Of a stretch of DNA of 64,000 nucleotides, positions 38,601-50,536 are shown in pieces (position 1 is the first letter of the stretch; every line of letters begins with the position of its first letter). The stretch is from assembly GCF_964188315.1 (NCBI RefSeq), contig NC_135657.1, positions 78,926,001 through 78,990,000 on the forward strand, in the 5' to 3' direction. The position numbers and the translations under genes are program-made. The stretch is from Podarcis muralis (lineage: Eukaryota). The notes beneath the pieces were generated by a model. The model saw only the letters and a program-made list of their open reading frames with translations, was not told where the DNA came from and made no database searches.

Positions 38601-39392
38601 GAGAAAATGAAAGACAATGTGCGAGACTGGTTACACTACGCTCAGATTAAGGAAATTTTTAAAAGTGATAAAAAGTTAGGATTCCAGGTGGAGAAATCGA
38701 AGTTGGAAACAGAACTGTTAGAACCTAAGACTAAGGTACTTTCAAGAATGTATAATTTGCTGTTGAAATGGAACACACAAGACGAAATGGTTAAGTCGGC
38801 TATGATAAAATGGGCACAGGATACTGGGCATAACATTATGTTTGAGGACTGGGAAAGGTTGTGGACCACTGGGTTGAACTTTACCGCATGTAATGCTTTG
38901 AAAGAAAATGTAATGAAAATGATATACAGATGGTACATGACCCCAGTTAAACTCGCCAAAATATACCATTCGTCTGATAACAAATGTTGGAAATGTAAAG
39001 AAAATGAAGGAACATTCTTCCACCTCTGGTGGACTTGCCCTAAAGTGAAGGCCTTCTGGGAAATGATATATAATGAGCTGAAAAAGGTATTTAAGTATAC
39101 CTTTACCAAGAAACCAGAGGCCTTTCTTTTAGGCATTGTCGACCAGAAGGTGTTAAAGAAAGATAGAACATTTTTCATGTATGCAACAACAGCAGCAAGG
39201 ATACTACTCGCTAAGAACTGGAAAACTCAAGATTTACCCACACTGGAAGAATGGCAGATGCAACTGATGGACTATATGCAACTGGCGGAGATGACCGGCA
39301 GAATCCGAGACCTGGGAGAAGAAAGGATTGAAGAAGATTGGAAGAAATTCAAGACTTACTTACAGAAATATTGTGATTTAGTGGAATGTTAA
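35652..39392 (+). CDS. L1 ORF2p (APE endonuclease + reverse transcriptase + CCHC knuckle), 1246 aa
   Basis: APE motifs SWNING, CLQETH, GDMNG, RIDQIW, SDHN. RT motifs PGPDG, YRPISLLN, DAEKAFD, GTRQGCP, FADD, YLG. C-terminal CWKC...HLWWTC. No stops or frameshifts. Confidence 0.98.
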   Translation: MSLQLLSWNINGCNIPEKRKKIFHILKKEQLDIICLQETHVTRLHRKVLVNKRLGQEFISSDRVKKRGVVIYAKESLSPKLLFKDEHGRILAVEIQHQGEKIMLLGIYAPNEGKSEFYKKLHESMLEYLDFDNIIMMGDMNGIVSTNMDKSQSQKVTKDGRLPKTFFEMTDNMDWIDIWRMRNPLGKEGTFFSEAHLTWTRIDQIWITRGLAPKVRKVEICPKTCSDHNALKMDLALLPTGSFRWKMNDNLFRDQEIIKKAQKALKDYFEINLNTTVEKRTIWDASKAVMRGFLIQQNAIKKRKQNEKKDKILEKIKELEKKLRVNPKSQPILREIKLHQAQYSKLINQEIEWKIKSMKQKTFESANKCGKLLAWQLKKRQKLNIVTNLEIEGRNIQNPVEIRKSFQKYFKKLYTQGPQNEVEIEQFLKKNSFKKFTQENRLLLNSQITRQEIEHAIQNMKLGKSPGPDGLTSKYYKTMSDYLIQPLMEVSNEILEGKKAPESWKEAFITLIPKSETEKTQLKNYRPISLLNVDYKIFADVLAGRLKRVLNEVIHKDQAGFLPGRHMFANTRNIIDILELLQTDINTKAVLIFIDAEKAFDNISWKFMKGNLKEMGAGRGFQNGIDAIYSEQKAKLIVNNVVTEEFKIEKGTRQGCPISPLLFISVLEVLLNMIRGDRLVQGIQVGAKQYKLKAFADDLVLTLQEPEPSTKRVLQLIHDFGQVAGFKLNKQKTKVIGKNMTDTESERFQRETELSLVKKVKYLGVNITAKNLSLFKDNYEKCWSEIKRDLDSWAKLKLSLLGRIAAIKMNVLPKMLFLFQTLQIVDKTECFRRWQRDISKFVWQGKKPRIKFKILTDAKERGGFALPDLRLYYEAAAFCWLKDWLLLEDTDVLDLEGYNNAFGWHAYLWYDKVKINKAFKNHIVRKAVFNVWTKYKDLLENKTPRWLSPLEAKARKRPNMEAYWPKYWELLEKDGDNWKLQSMEKMKDNVRDWLHYAQIKEIFKSDKKLGFQVEKSKLETELLEPKTKVLSRMYNLLLKWNTQDEMVKSAMIKWAQDTGHNIMFEDWERLWTTGLNFTACNALKENVMKMIYRWYMTPVKLAKIYHSSDNKCWKCKENEGTFFHLWWTCPKVKAFWEMIYNELKKVFKYTFTKKPEAFLLGIVDQKVLKKDRTFFMYATTAARILLAKNWKTQDLPTLEEWQMQLMDYMQLAEMTGRIRDLGEERIEEDWKKFKTYLQKYCDLVEC

Positions 39393-40299
39393 GAAGGATG
39401 CTTGGTTATAAATAATTGGCCATCACTAAAATAGATCAGGAATTGATGATAAGAGAGATTAAGAGAAACAAATTTGCAGGAGAATTATTTTATTGTATTT
39501 AAGTAAGTGGTTACAGATTTGGAAATAAGATTATAATTTGCTCGACAAAAACTTATTAATGATGCAAGTGGGAGCGGGAGACGTGAGGAAGTTTAAGGAT
39601 ATTATGAAAATTTGTTAAAACAAAGTAACAATGTTTATTAATATTGTATTCTTTTTTCTAAAAACCCTAATAAATATTTATATAAAAAAAAAAAAAAAGA
39701 GATGGGAAAGGAGAGGTTGGGGTTGTGGAAGCACACACAGGATGACAGAGGGATGGGGGTCAGTGTGCAGAAGGGCAGGACCCCTCATCAGAGCCAGAGA
39801 GGCCCCCATCTCCACAAACAAGACAAGCTCCAAGGTGCAAGGAGCAGCAGTTGGTACACTCTACAAGTAAGGGCGCACAGCCTAGGTGGGGCTTGTTAGC
39901 TCTGGCAGGAAGTGTGTGCTTCCTCAGGCTCAGAACAGGTGAGGGTCACCTGCCTCGTCAAGCCCAGATGCTGCAATCAACATGCAAGGTACAAAAGGGA
40001 AGCAGAGCTGAGGTGCTGTGTCTGCTCAACTGCCCATGTTGATGGACCTTGGCTTGGACGCTCTAGAACCTTTATGGGACAGTGCTTTGGGTTTGACTCG
40101 GGACTGTGTTTACTAACCATTGGACGTTGGACGTTGCTTATGTGGAGTGACCCCTAGGGTTCTTGACTGTTGAACTTTGAATTTGGCATACTGTATATGC
40201 CTGCAGGACTTGCTGCCAGATAGGCCGGAGGTGCAGGACAACCAGCCTCAAGTGAGCTTGAAGCATCTATTGAGCAGGTAAGCCTTATGTTTAATAAGT

Positions 40300-40478
40300 C
40301 TGTATGAGTTTCAATTCCTCTTAGTCTATCCTCTTGTAGTTTTAACTTTCTGTATGTTTCAAATTACGGTTGTACTCCCCCACCCCGTGATAACTGGATT
40401 GTTTTATCTTTCTTGTAAATCACTGAGCCCCCCCCCCGCACTCAAGCGGTATATAAATTTTAAGAAATAAATAAACAA
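40300..40478 (+). mobile_element. L2-like 3' tail
   Basis: TGTAAATCACTGAG...GCGGTATATAAAT...AAATAAATAAA. Confidence 0.45.
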
Positions 40479-42349
40479 AACCCTGTCCTTGACCCATTTT
40501 CTCCCTTCTGTGTTAGAGACAGGCAAAATATTTCCAAGTCCTGCTGACCAAATATTGGTTTATGCCATTTTGGGTCTCTAAAGAGTCTTTGCAAGTGCTG
40601 TTGAAAGGAAAGGGCTAAAGCCAGACTGAGAAGCAGATGAGTAACCATAGGAGATGTCAAAGCTCTCTAGCGAAGCAAAGGGCAGCCGCCACAAGATAGC
40701 AGGAAGTATCCAGGTGAAAAAGCTTGTTGTCAGGGAATCAAAGTCTGTTTCCTTTTCCCCTCCAATGTACTAGCTAGGAACAAAGGACTCTGGGGGAGCG
40801 ACCAGTACAGGAGGACAGTTAAAGGTGGTGGCAATTTCCATGGCATTAGTTGAAAAAGGGAAAATGGATAAAGTGCTCGCTTTTGTTCTTTTTAATAAGT
40901 GCTCACATTAAAGACTGAGGTTTTAAGAATATGTGCGGAGAGGGAGCAACACACTTGCTTTTTGTTATGAAAATATGTGACTATTTTAATGTGATAAGCC
41001 TTGGAAGAACTGTACCATTGTGTTGTGTAATAACAGAAAGCACAGAAATTACTAAGAACTGAGAAAACTGCTTTACAATATGCTTTCTTCAAGGATGAAG
41101 GAAAGGCAATAATGATGCAACCTTCTGCAAAGCTGTTTTTTTTTTTTAAATTTTCTAAATGTACAGGTTGGACAATGGGTGGGCAATCTGACAAGAGTCC
41201 CCCGCCAACCAGGCAGATAATGAATTAAGTGGTTATAGTAAAAAAAAAGAGATGCCACAACAAGAAGTAATGATCAGAAGTGTTATTATTTTGGGTACAC
41301 AGTGTTGTCTGGGTAATTGCTGTTGGTGTTTACAGTGCAGGAAATCCAATCATGTGCAAAATGTCAGCAAATACCAAAATACCACTTAAAACCACGTAAA
41401 AAAAGATTAAAAGTGTACTCTGGGTAGGTTCTCGGCATTATTCTCCCCTCCAAAGATTATAATTTATCTTAACTTGTGACTGAACCTACAGAGTAGGTGA
41501 GCTATTATGTTGTTTTCAAAAAAAAAAAGCATTCAATATCTCCCCCCCCCTTTACAAAAAGAGCTTTGAGTTTATTTTTCTCAAAACTAATAAAGCAAAC
41601 ATTACTTCACAAGCACTCCTGATGTGGGTCCCTTAACTTCCAACCCATTTGAAGAAACTGGATACTGGCCAACAGATGTTGGCAACGCCATAGCAGCAGG
41701 GCACTACATATGCCCATCTTTCCATTTCCCATTTCTGAAGGGCTCCATCACCTGTGCTGGAATTTCAGGAATCTGAGTGGGTGAAGCAGTGTGCAGTGAA
41801 GAGATGCTGTGGAGAGGGAGTGCAGGTGGGATTTTTGCAAGCAGAAAAACTGTGGGGAGTGTTCATCCTCCAGTAGTGTTTCTGTATTAAATTTTTTTAT
41901 GTAAATGTGTCCCCAACTTCATAGCCCAGGATGATTCCCAAAGTGGTTTGCCATAAAAAGGATAAAATGATTAAAAGACAGAATAAATGGTAATAAAACC
42001 AAGAAATAAATAAGACAAAGTGTTAGCTCCAGTGAAATAGGCCTTTCTGAGAAGGATTCAGCCTTCTGTGCACAAACTGAATGAGCAGCTAAGCCTCTCT
42101 TGGCAAAGCTGGTGGTCACCCACAATACTGCAGGAGGAGGAGTCATTCAGCGGCTCTTAAGCCAGTGGTGGAAGTAGTTAGGAAGAGCTACTCCTTCAGG
42201 TATAGGGCTTCAGTGATTAATAAACCTTTAGGCATGTCCCCCCCACCCCGATACTACAGGGTAGCTTTCATGGACAGTTGTGACAGTCCAACATAAGGTT
42301 CTGGCATGTCTAAGCCCTTTGAATTTGGCCTCTGTTGAACTGTGACTTT

Positions 42350-42351
<2 letters not shown>

Positions 42352-42390
<39 letters not shown>
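42352..42390. repeat. (GT)n microsatellite
   Basis: Seen directly. Confidence 0.95.
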
Positions 42391-42391
<1 letters not shown>

Positions 42392-42799
42392 CTAGACATT
42401 TAATTTTAAAACGTGTATAAAGAGCCTGCAACACGTACAGTTAGTTCAGCTGAGCACTTTTCAGGAATATGAAAATCTCTCCCCCGCTTTTTCCTCAGTA
42501 ACTTGGGATGATTCCAAATATGCTTATGAGGCTGCTGAAAGGTGTTTTTTTTTTTTAACAAACACTTCCCTAAAAATAAGGCAAAAGTGTGTATCGAGGT
42601 CACTAAGAAGAAAACAGTGCCACTACTTGTAAATATTTGCAAGTCGCTCGCAACCCAGTGGATCCTTGAAAGCTGGATGCAAACAACTCCACTGCTTTGT
42701 GAGGCGTCAAAAGTGGAAGGTGCTAGTTAGAGGTGCCCCCCTGAACTATGGGGGTCATGGTCCATCCTCTTCTTCAAAGAGACCCTCTCTCCCATATAG

Positions 42800-43442
42800 G
42801 AAACAACAAAGCTCAAGCTGTCCTTTGAAATTGTACTTTCCCATGTTTTACAATGCAGTTTTCCAACTAGATAATGTATACAAAAATGTGTAAATTAGGG
42901 GAAAGTGTGCCTTAAATCATCTGTGTTATTGAAAGTAGCATACAAACTATACTATGTTAGGGAAAATTACCTGCAAAAATGTGTGCATTAGAGGAAATGG
43001 CAATTAAAAATGTGTGTATTTAGGAGAATTTTTGCAACAAAATTTCTGATGATTTTTTTTTTTTTCTTTTAGAGAAGAGTTTGGATTTGATAAACCGCCT
43101 TTCACTCCCTTTAAGGAGTCTCAAAGTGGCTAACATTCTCCTTTCCCTTCCTCCCCCACAACAAACACTCTGTGAGGTGAGTGGGGCTGAGAGACTTCAA
43201 GGAAGTGTGACTGGCCCAAGGTCACCCAGCAGCTGCAAGTGGAGGAGCGGAGACACGAACCCGGTTCCCCAGATTAGGAGACTACCGCTCCTAACCACTA
43301 CACCACACTGGCTCTCTCAATTTCTGATGATTTTTCATGAGGATGTTAAAGAACATTCACAAACAGATGCAAAAATCTTAAGAGCTGAACTTTGTAAAAA
43401 TGAGAAACGGAGAAACTGAAACTGACAGATTTGTCCATCCCT
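42800..43442. repeat. AT-rich interspersed repeat (probable non-autonomous DNA element); related copies 24325-24710, 45770-46050, 52325-52522
   Basis: Recurrent AAAAATGTG/TGCATTTT motifs and terminal GAAATTGAC(A)GATTTG(C)CCATCCC. Confidence 0.55.
43058..43318 (-). mobile_element. tRNA-derived SINE (Squam3-type), full length
   Basis: 17-bp TSD AATTTCTGATGATTTTT at 43041-43057 and 43319-43335, with an A-rich tail. Inserted inside an AT-rich repeat. Confidence 0.9.
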
Positions 43443-44291
43443 AGCCTGTGGATACTGGGGGTGGGTTTTATGTGCCATACCTGTTCCCCCATCTCCATTT
43501 AGGCCTTTTTGTGTTCAGGCAAATGCTTGGACAGGGCTGTAGAGAAGCCTCCTTGCATCTCTAGCTATTGTAATAGAGAGGCCACTGTATTACTTGCCCA
43601 CCACAGCTCCATGTTGGCATAATAATGTGGAAACATCACTTTTGATTATTCAGATAGCTGACATTCCCCTCCAAGAATCTGTCATTCAGAAAGGCAAGAC
43701 TGTATTGCTTTGATGGAGATCCATACCTGCGGTCTGGCAATTCCTTATGAGAGGCTCAGTACTCACAAGCTAAGCAGGCCAAAACTAGATAAAAATATGC
43801 CACCCGTTAATGGGGACATTAGGAGGCTGTCTCCTAGTGCCCCTTGTATATTCGGTACCAACTATAGTCCTTAAAAGCTGTTTGTTCACCTTATTTTTAG
43901 ACTTATGGTACATGAGTGGTGAAAATAATGCCACATTGATGTGTGTTGCTTTATTTTTGAAACAATTTTGGAAGGTGCCAAGGTAGCCTTTGCTCAGGCC
44001 AAGATGTAATGTGATTGTTAATATACAACAAGTTTGCTGAGAAATATAGTTTAGAGCAGCAGCAGAATCTGCAATGGCTTAAATAACTTCTCTATCGTCA
44101 GTGTCTGTAGGACAATGTAACAAAGAAACAAAGAAAAGTGTCTCCTTTTTGGTTAGGTAAATCAGAGAGAGAGGAAACTTTGCATCTGATTAAGTATATC
44201 TTAGCACCACAAAGATCCCATTGACCACAAAAGACATTTGGAAAGCACAATAAGAATGTTCACACTTGTTTCTACTGCCAGGTATATATGG

Positions 44292-44590
44292 ACAGGACTT
44301 TTGTTTATTTTTTTTGAAAAAGAGGTGGTGGAACTCGCTGAGCACCCACCTTCACTTCTTCACTCCCACCACCACTTTCAGCAACACTGCTGCTGACCTC
44401 CACCACCTCTGACACGCAGCCACAAGCACAGCACCAACACGATCACCATGGCAACTTGATCGTTGCGCCGCACAGCCTCAGGCCTGGTGCCCTCCACCAG
44501 TGCACAACCCTGACCTAAAGAGCTGCTGGAACCACACCAAAGAGGTGCCAGAACTCAGTTCTGGTGAGTTCTGTCTGAAGATAAGCCCTG
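44292..44590. mobile_element. MITE family with GAACTCA..GGAACTCAGTTC motif; second copy 20464-20562
   Basis: CAGGGCTTTCTTTCAGCCAGAACTCACCGGAACTCAGTTC at 20464 and its reverse complement ending at 44590. Confidence 0.55.
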
Positions 44591-46699
44591 TGTATGAAGA
44601 AAATAAATGGTGCCAGCAATGTCAGCATGTTGTAGTCCACCTTAAGACTTGGGGAAACTCAAGTGTACATATCCATTTCCTCTTATTTATTTCTTGAGAA
44701 CAAAAGACCAAGGATTTGAAAGGAGGCAATACAATTTGCATAATTATAAAGGAGTGTCAATCGTCCTTTGAATGAACCCTACTGATGCTTGGCTTAGCAT
44801 AACCAGTTGATTAAGGGCCACCAATGCCCTGAATTTCAGCCAATAGTAGTTGCCAGCTATTGTGAGGTTAACTTCGTACCACTGAAGAGTGATGATTTTT
44901 GAGGCAGTCATTTCTGAAGTTGCGTGTCAATATAATGCAAGAGCTTCTGTAATTTACTATGCCTCAAAGCACGCAGAATAAACAGGGCACCTAAATTAAA
45001 GGTTATATCCCACCTCCTGAGGGTATATGAGGAACAACATGGGTTTTGGTGAAAATAAACTACAGTAGAAAGGAAACAGGGCTGCATGCAACAAATACAG
45101 GGCAGAATGAAAATTAATGCCTTCTTACATCCCCACCTGTTATGCATGGACTTCAAGGAAAGTGGCTATAGGATCACAGCCTACATTTTGCATGCGCCTG
45201 CTGAAGTGGTCCAGCAGCAGATACATCAAAGTGACCCTGCTAGGAAGCAAATTTTATAAGAAATAAAATAGTAATACCAATAGTTTTCGCTTATTACGCT
45301 ATGTACAACAATTTGCTATAACATTTGATTTGGAAGAAAAAAGCTTTCCTTTTCATGATGGATACATCAATGTCTTTCTTCTGCCAATGACTTCTTTGTT
45401 CTTCTGTGCTTGTGTTCTTCCTGAAGAAACCCATCAAATGGGATGTGAGGGAGAAGGGTCTCCTGTCACAAATCATTTTTATCAAAAGAACTGGAGCAGT
45501 ACAGAAATTGGTTTGTATTTCTTGTTCTATCTCCATTACTGTCCAGAATTATTTTACAGTGCAATATATTCTTTCTGCTTCTCAGATTGCCAACCTGAAA
45601 AATCAAACAATATTCCAGAAGAGATGCATCCTTTTTTGTGAAGTTAAGTACTCATGCTTAGGGAATAGAGGAATAAATTACCGTTGTGAACTGCTACAGT
45701 ATAGTTGTTAGATTCTAAGTTCTTCACATTTCAGATCATTTTGTGGTAATTATTATTTTTTAAAGTCCTAATGAAAATCTGCCAGTATTCCTACGAATAT
45801 ACCAGTTTTGTCCGCAATTTTGGCCAACGTGCACATTTTTTGCAAACAATTTCCCTGTAATATGATGAATTTTTGTGTGTTATTTTCTTGGATGTGTGCA
45901 TTTTTTAATGCCCACATTGCCTTTGTATGTGCATTTTTGTGTAAGTTACTTAGCTGAAGAACTGCATTGCAAAATTTGGAGAAGTGTGACTTTCAAAGGA
46001 TTCTTGTGTTTCGGTTCTCGTGTTGTTTTGGAAAGGACAAAATAGGGAGATTTGCCTTCTAATGTGAATGGAACAGAACCTCATCCCTGCCCTTGGGATG
46101 TGGATGGACTACAATGTCTCCCATTCCTGACCCTTGGCTATGCAGGCTTGGGAGTTGGAGGGCACCAGGCTCCCTACTCCTGCTTCGATGTTTTCTGTAA
46201 TATTTGCTGCCTAACTGATTGTAAGAGGGCCACCATGATTAATACAGGACAACCTTTTTGAGCCTCGAAAGCTTTGAGGAGCACTGCTGTAGGAGTTAAA
46301 AAAACAACAAGGCCATATCAGGTGATAACTGAATAGTCATAAAGGCAAAAAAGAACAGGAGTAAACCTCCAAGGGGCAGAGGAAGAATCAAAGGAGAGAT
46401 TATCCTAACATCTTTCAAAAGCACACAAAAGACTGATGGGGGGGGGGAGAGCCGGCTTGATTCTATTAACTAAAATTTAACACCTCTGCCAAAGTAGACC
46501 TGTGAAAAAGGAAGGATTAACACTTCCAGAACTAGATATTGCTGCACTGAGAGAATAGAAAATAACCCGAATTACTATGGCACATGTTAAAAGTGAGAGA
46601 TTCACCAGCAAGGCAGTCAGGCTAAAAGCTCCAGACAGACAGCTGACAAATCTGCCAGGTAAAGATACCAGTCAAGAGCTTAGGAGGTAGGTGTGCAAA

Positions 46700-48121
46700 A
46701 ATGGCAGGTAACTTCTATTTCCACTGAGGTAGCATCTCAATCTCTCAGAGCGAGATCAAGTTTATATGTTAAAGTTTAAAAGTTTCAGTTTCAGGCACAT
46801 CAATATCTTACACTACTGTACATGCCTTTTCCTCTGCAAATTTTGTCACCAATTCCTCTAGGTCAAGTGCTCTAATGATAACCTCAGTCTCAGACTGATG
46901 GTTTGATTACATCAACATAACATACAATCATTGTCATTTGTTCAATATTACTAACATCAGGTGTGCTGCCCACAATAACTGGGTAGTATCTGGCTGAGTT
47001 TGGATGCACTTTTTTCTGTTTATAGCAGTATAAACTCATTTGGACTATTTTTTCCTAGCTAGTGAACCATTGTATCTTGATCTTTAACTCTGCACAAAAG
47101 TTCATTCATGATAGGATAGAAAAGGGCCAGATATTCTACAAACTTCAAAAATATTCAGTTGCTAGCACTGTACAACTTTTCACTTGTACCATGGAATGCC
47201 AAGTTTTGCATGCCTAGAACTCTGACCAAAGCACTCAAACCTTCCAAGATTGGTCTCCAATCTTGCCTAATTTTCTGCTGCTTTATATCATCAATTGTTT
47301 TACCTTTAGATAAGTGCAATTCAAGTCTCCTCTTGTATGGTATAGGAGAAAATCTTTTGGTTTTTTAGTCTTTGCAAAAATAATGTGATACAACCTGCTG
47401 CAGTCCATATTGTCACAAATTTTCACTGCAATAGTTAGACCAGTTAGCCAGGTCACTGTAATTCAAATCAGGCACAATACCACCTTCTTCTGCAGACTTT
47501 GCAGTACTCTCTTTTCTTGACACCCCCCTTTTCTTCTGTTTTCCAGAAATACCTCCAATCTGTGAAACTTCTGTCTTAGAGTTTATATGATTTGTAGTGG
47601 GTGCACCACATTCAACTCCCTCAGTGCTAGTTTCAACAAGTGTATAGTCATATTCTTGTTAGTCAATTGCTTTCTGTGTACAAAGGAATTTCAGGAAGAA
47701 CCCCTCTGACTTTGCTTGCTCCTTAGCTTTTTCAGCCTTTCGTTTGCAGTACTGAGCTCCAGATGGTTGATTTATTTTATCAGCCATAGCTCACTAGAAT
47801 AATGAATACATTTTCTAAATAAGATGAAGATGTGACAGTACAATTTAAAATTAAGTGCATTTTAACTTTGTGTGTGGATACCCTCTAATCAACTCTATGG
47901 TCTATCTATTTCATATATACATAAAAAACAATTCTAATGTATAAATTACCTAAAAAATGATAAAATCTTCAAAATATAAAATAAAAGTAACATATTATCA
48001 GAAATTTCTAATATATAACAAAAGATAATCTGTGTAAAACTGTGTCCTTGAAAGGTTCGTACTGGGCCCCTCTGCGGTCTGTGCCCTGGGTAGCTGCCTA
48101 GTTAGGTTAATGATAGCACTG
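46700..48121 (-). mobile_element. hAT-Tip100-like DNA transposon remnant containing the above
   Basis: Minus-strand 5' end CAGTGCTATCATTAACCTAACTAGGCAGCTACCCAGGGC at 48121 resembles ends of this group. The other end is not resolved. Confidence 0.6.
46808..47787 (-). pseudogene. Decayed, internally deleted hAT (Tip100/ZMYM1-like) transposase
   Basis: Manual translation: MADKINQPSGAQYCKRKAEK...; LELHLSKGKTIDD; ILEGLSALVRVLGMQNLAFHGTSEKLY..FLKFVEYLALFYPIMNE; SARYYPVIVGSTPDVSNIEQMTMIV; then a jump to the C-terminal ALDLEELVTKFAEEKA*. Multiple stops and a frameshift. Confidence 0.85.
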
Positions 48122-48699
48122 GGAACCTTTGGATTGACAGATGTTGCTGAACTACAAGTCCCATCTCCCCTGGCCATTGGTCATGCTTGCTAGGAATGAT
48201 GGGAGTTGCAGTTCAGCATCATCTGAAGGAATGATGGGAGTTGTAGTTCAGCATCATCTGAAGGGGCAAAGGTTCCCCACTTCAGTTGTAGATGACAGGA
48301 AAGACCCTCTGCCAGGGGAGCCACTGCAAGTCCGAATACACAGAACTGGATATTTGAAAGGAGAAAGGTTCATGTCGAAGGACCGTTTCACAAGGTAAAC
48401 ATAGTTTGTAATGGACATACCTTGAAAAGGGAGCTGCATCTAATAGTTCTCTGACCAAGCTTTTCCATGAAAGTGGCTTTCACATTGGCAATGTGTACAT
48501 ATTTTTAGGTGTGCACCTCAGATATTTTATGAGTACACTTAAAAGTCTAACGTGAGAAACTTGCCTTTGCAAAGATGTCAGTCAGGTGCATTTTGTCAGA
48601 GGGGAATCTTTGTAAGTCAGTCCCCATTGCAGGTATGTCTCTGTGAATGCACATTCAAACCCCCATTAACATCAAAACACCATCTATGGAAAATCTCAA

Positions 48700-49075
48700 A
48701 AGTAGTAGTAGTAGTAATAATAATAATGATAATAATTTTATTATTCATAGCCCGCCCATCTGGCTGTTTCCCCAGCCACTCTGGGCAGCTTACAGTACAT
48801 ATAAAAACATAGTAAAAGGTCAAACTTTAAAAACTTCTCTTCCTCCTGCCCTGATGTCAATAGACAGGGAGTTCCAAAGTGAAGGTACTGCCACACCAAA
48901 ATATCAATTTCTCCCAAGTGCAGGACAAGTATTATGTAGTACCTGTAATAGTGCCAGTTCTACAGTTCCAAGTTGTGGTGTGGACACATATGGGGTAAGA
49001 TGATCCTGCAAATAAGCTGGTCAAAACCATTAAGGGACAGAAAGCAACACCTTGAACTTGGCTCGGTACATGCAC
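48700..49075 (-). mobile_element. L2-type 3' fragment(s)
   Basis: Reverse of the same terminal motif (CCCAGCCACTCTGGGCAGCTTACA) with an (TAA)n tail. Upstream decayed WNSL-type region. Confidence 0.7.
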
Positions 49076-50166
49076 TTAAAAAGAAAAGAGATGTGTTTTA
49101 TTCTAGTTCAGGGGGAAAAAATGTCCTCCTGCTTTTGAAAGTGGCTACCCTGTTAATAACTATTCATTGGAGCCGAGTCTTTTGTATCCACAACGCCTCA
49201 TCCCTGAATCCAACAAAAGAGGCTAGTCTCTAAGGCTCCTATATATGTCATTGTCAGAGGCCCTTCAGTTCATAAGTACACCGTTACCAGGAGATTAAAT
49301 GAATTAAAAATTGATGAACATTCTGTGCTAGATGTCTTGCAGTCAAGGATATTTAAGCAGATAAAAGAGCGCCAGGGTAGGGGGAGGAGAAGGAGAAAGG
49401 CAGAGAGAAAAGGGTTAGTTGCTAATGTTTTTATAATGGAGAGGGTTTTCATAGAAAAGGAAGGGGAGAAAGATCTGCAGGGCTCTGAGCATGTGCTTAT
49501 TAGAAAAGCAAAATCAAGGGGGAAATTAGCGTGCCAGGTTCTTTGGGAAGTTCTTTGTGCCGGCCACACAGAAGGACTCCAAACAGAAATAAGGATTTTT
49601 AACAAATTGCATCGGCATTACTTGTCTCGGCAGCAGCCTGTGCTAATGGGTAAGCCTAAGTATAAGGTAAAGAAGACGACCCACTGTGGAAGTTCACCGG
49701 GGCTATTGTGAGGGTGAGGTGCCAACCGTGTAAAAGGAGACACTGATTATTGACCCACTGTGGGAAGATGGCCTGCAATGTCTTGTGAGTATGGATGCTT
49801 ATAAAAGAGAGGTGTGGAGAACAAAGTGATAAAAGGCCGGAAGCAGCTGAAAGTTCTGCTTATAGGAAAGCTACATTCCTCAGTCTACTGCATCTACTTG
49901 TGCAGATGATGTCAGAAGTAAGTTTTGAGATGGGGGTTAGGCAGGACAGGAGAAACCCACCCAGCCTTATTAGTTTTTATTTATCAGTAGTGCTATCCAA
50001 TACATGTCTACTCCAAAATAAGTCCTGTTGTGTGCAATGTGGCTTGCTCCCAGGTCGGTGAGGTGCAAGTGTATATAGGATTGCAGCTTCAGTATGGTAA
50101 AATGGTTTAGAGGAGTGGATATGGAATGACTGGCTTGGATTTTACAGTGATCTATACCTGTGCTAT

Positions 50167-50536
50167 GGGACGCGGGTGGCGCTGTGGTGTAAACCACTGA
50201 GCCTAGGGCTTGCCGATTGGAAGGTCTGTGGTTCGAATCCCCATGATGGGGTGAGCTCCCGTTGTTCGGTCCCAGCTCCTGCCAACCTAGCAGTTTGAAA
50301 GCACGTCAAAGTACAAGTAGATAAATAGGTACCACTCCAGCAGGAAGGTAAATGGCATTTCCATGCACTGCTCTGGTTTCGCAAAAAGTGGCTTAGTCAT
50401 GCTGGCCACATGACCCAGAAAAACTGTCTGTGGACAAACGTCAGCTCCTTCAGCCAGTAAAGCAAGATGAGCACCGCAACCCCAGACTCATTTGCGACTG
50501 GACTTAACTGTCAGGGGTCCTTTACCTTTACCTTTT
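50167..50536 (+). mobile_element. Sauria SINE, full length
   Basis: Head GGGACGCGGGTGGCGCTG, (TTTACC)n tail, 14-bp TSD TATACCTGTGCTAT at 50153-50166 and 50537-50550. Confidence 0.95.

Larger units (their letters stand above)
33587..39698 (+). mobile_element. Full-length, apparently intact L1-clade (L1/Tx1-type) non-LTR retrotransposon
   Basis: TSD GAGATGGGAAAGGAGA(G) at 33571-33586/7 and 39699-39714/5. CpG-rich 5' end, two uninterrupted ORFs, AATAAA 39669-39674, A15 tail 39684-39698. Confidence 0.97.
33362..40240 (+). mobile_element. LTR-like repeat (~750 bp when rejoined) split by the full-length L1
   Basis: Sequence is continuous across the L1 TSD. Purine-rich 5' half, ends ...GCAGGACA. 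Own TSD not found. Confidence 0.4.

Noticed and set aside
36110-39178. Antisense ORFs within L1 ORF2
   Set aside because: Shadows of the coding strand.
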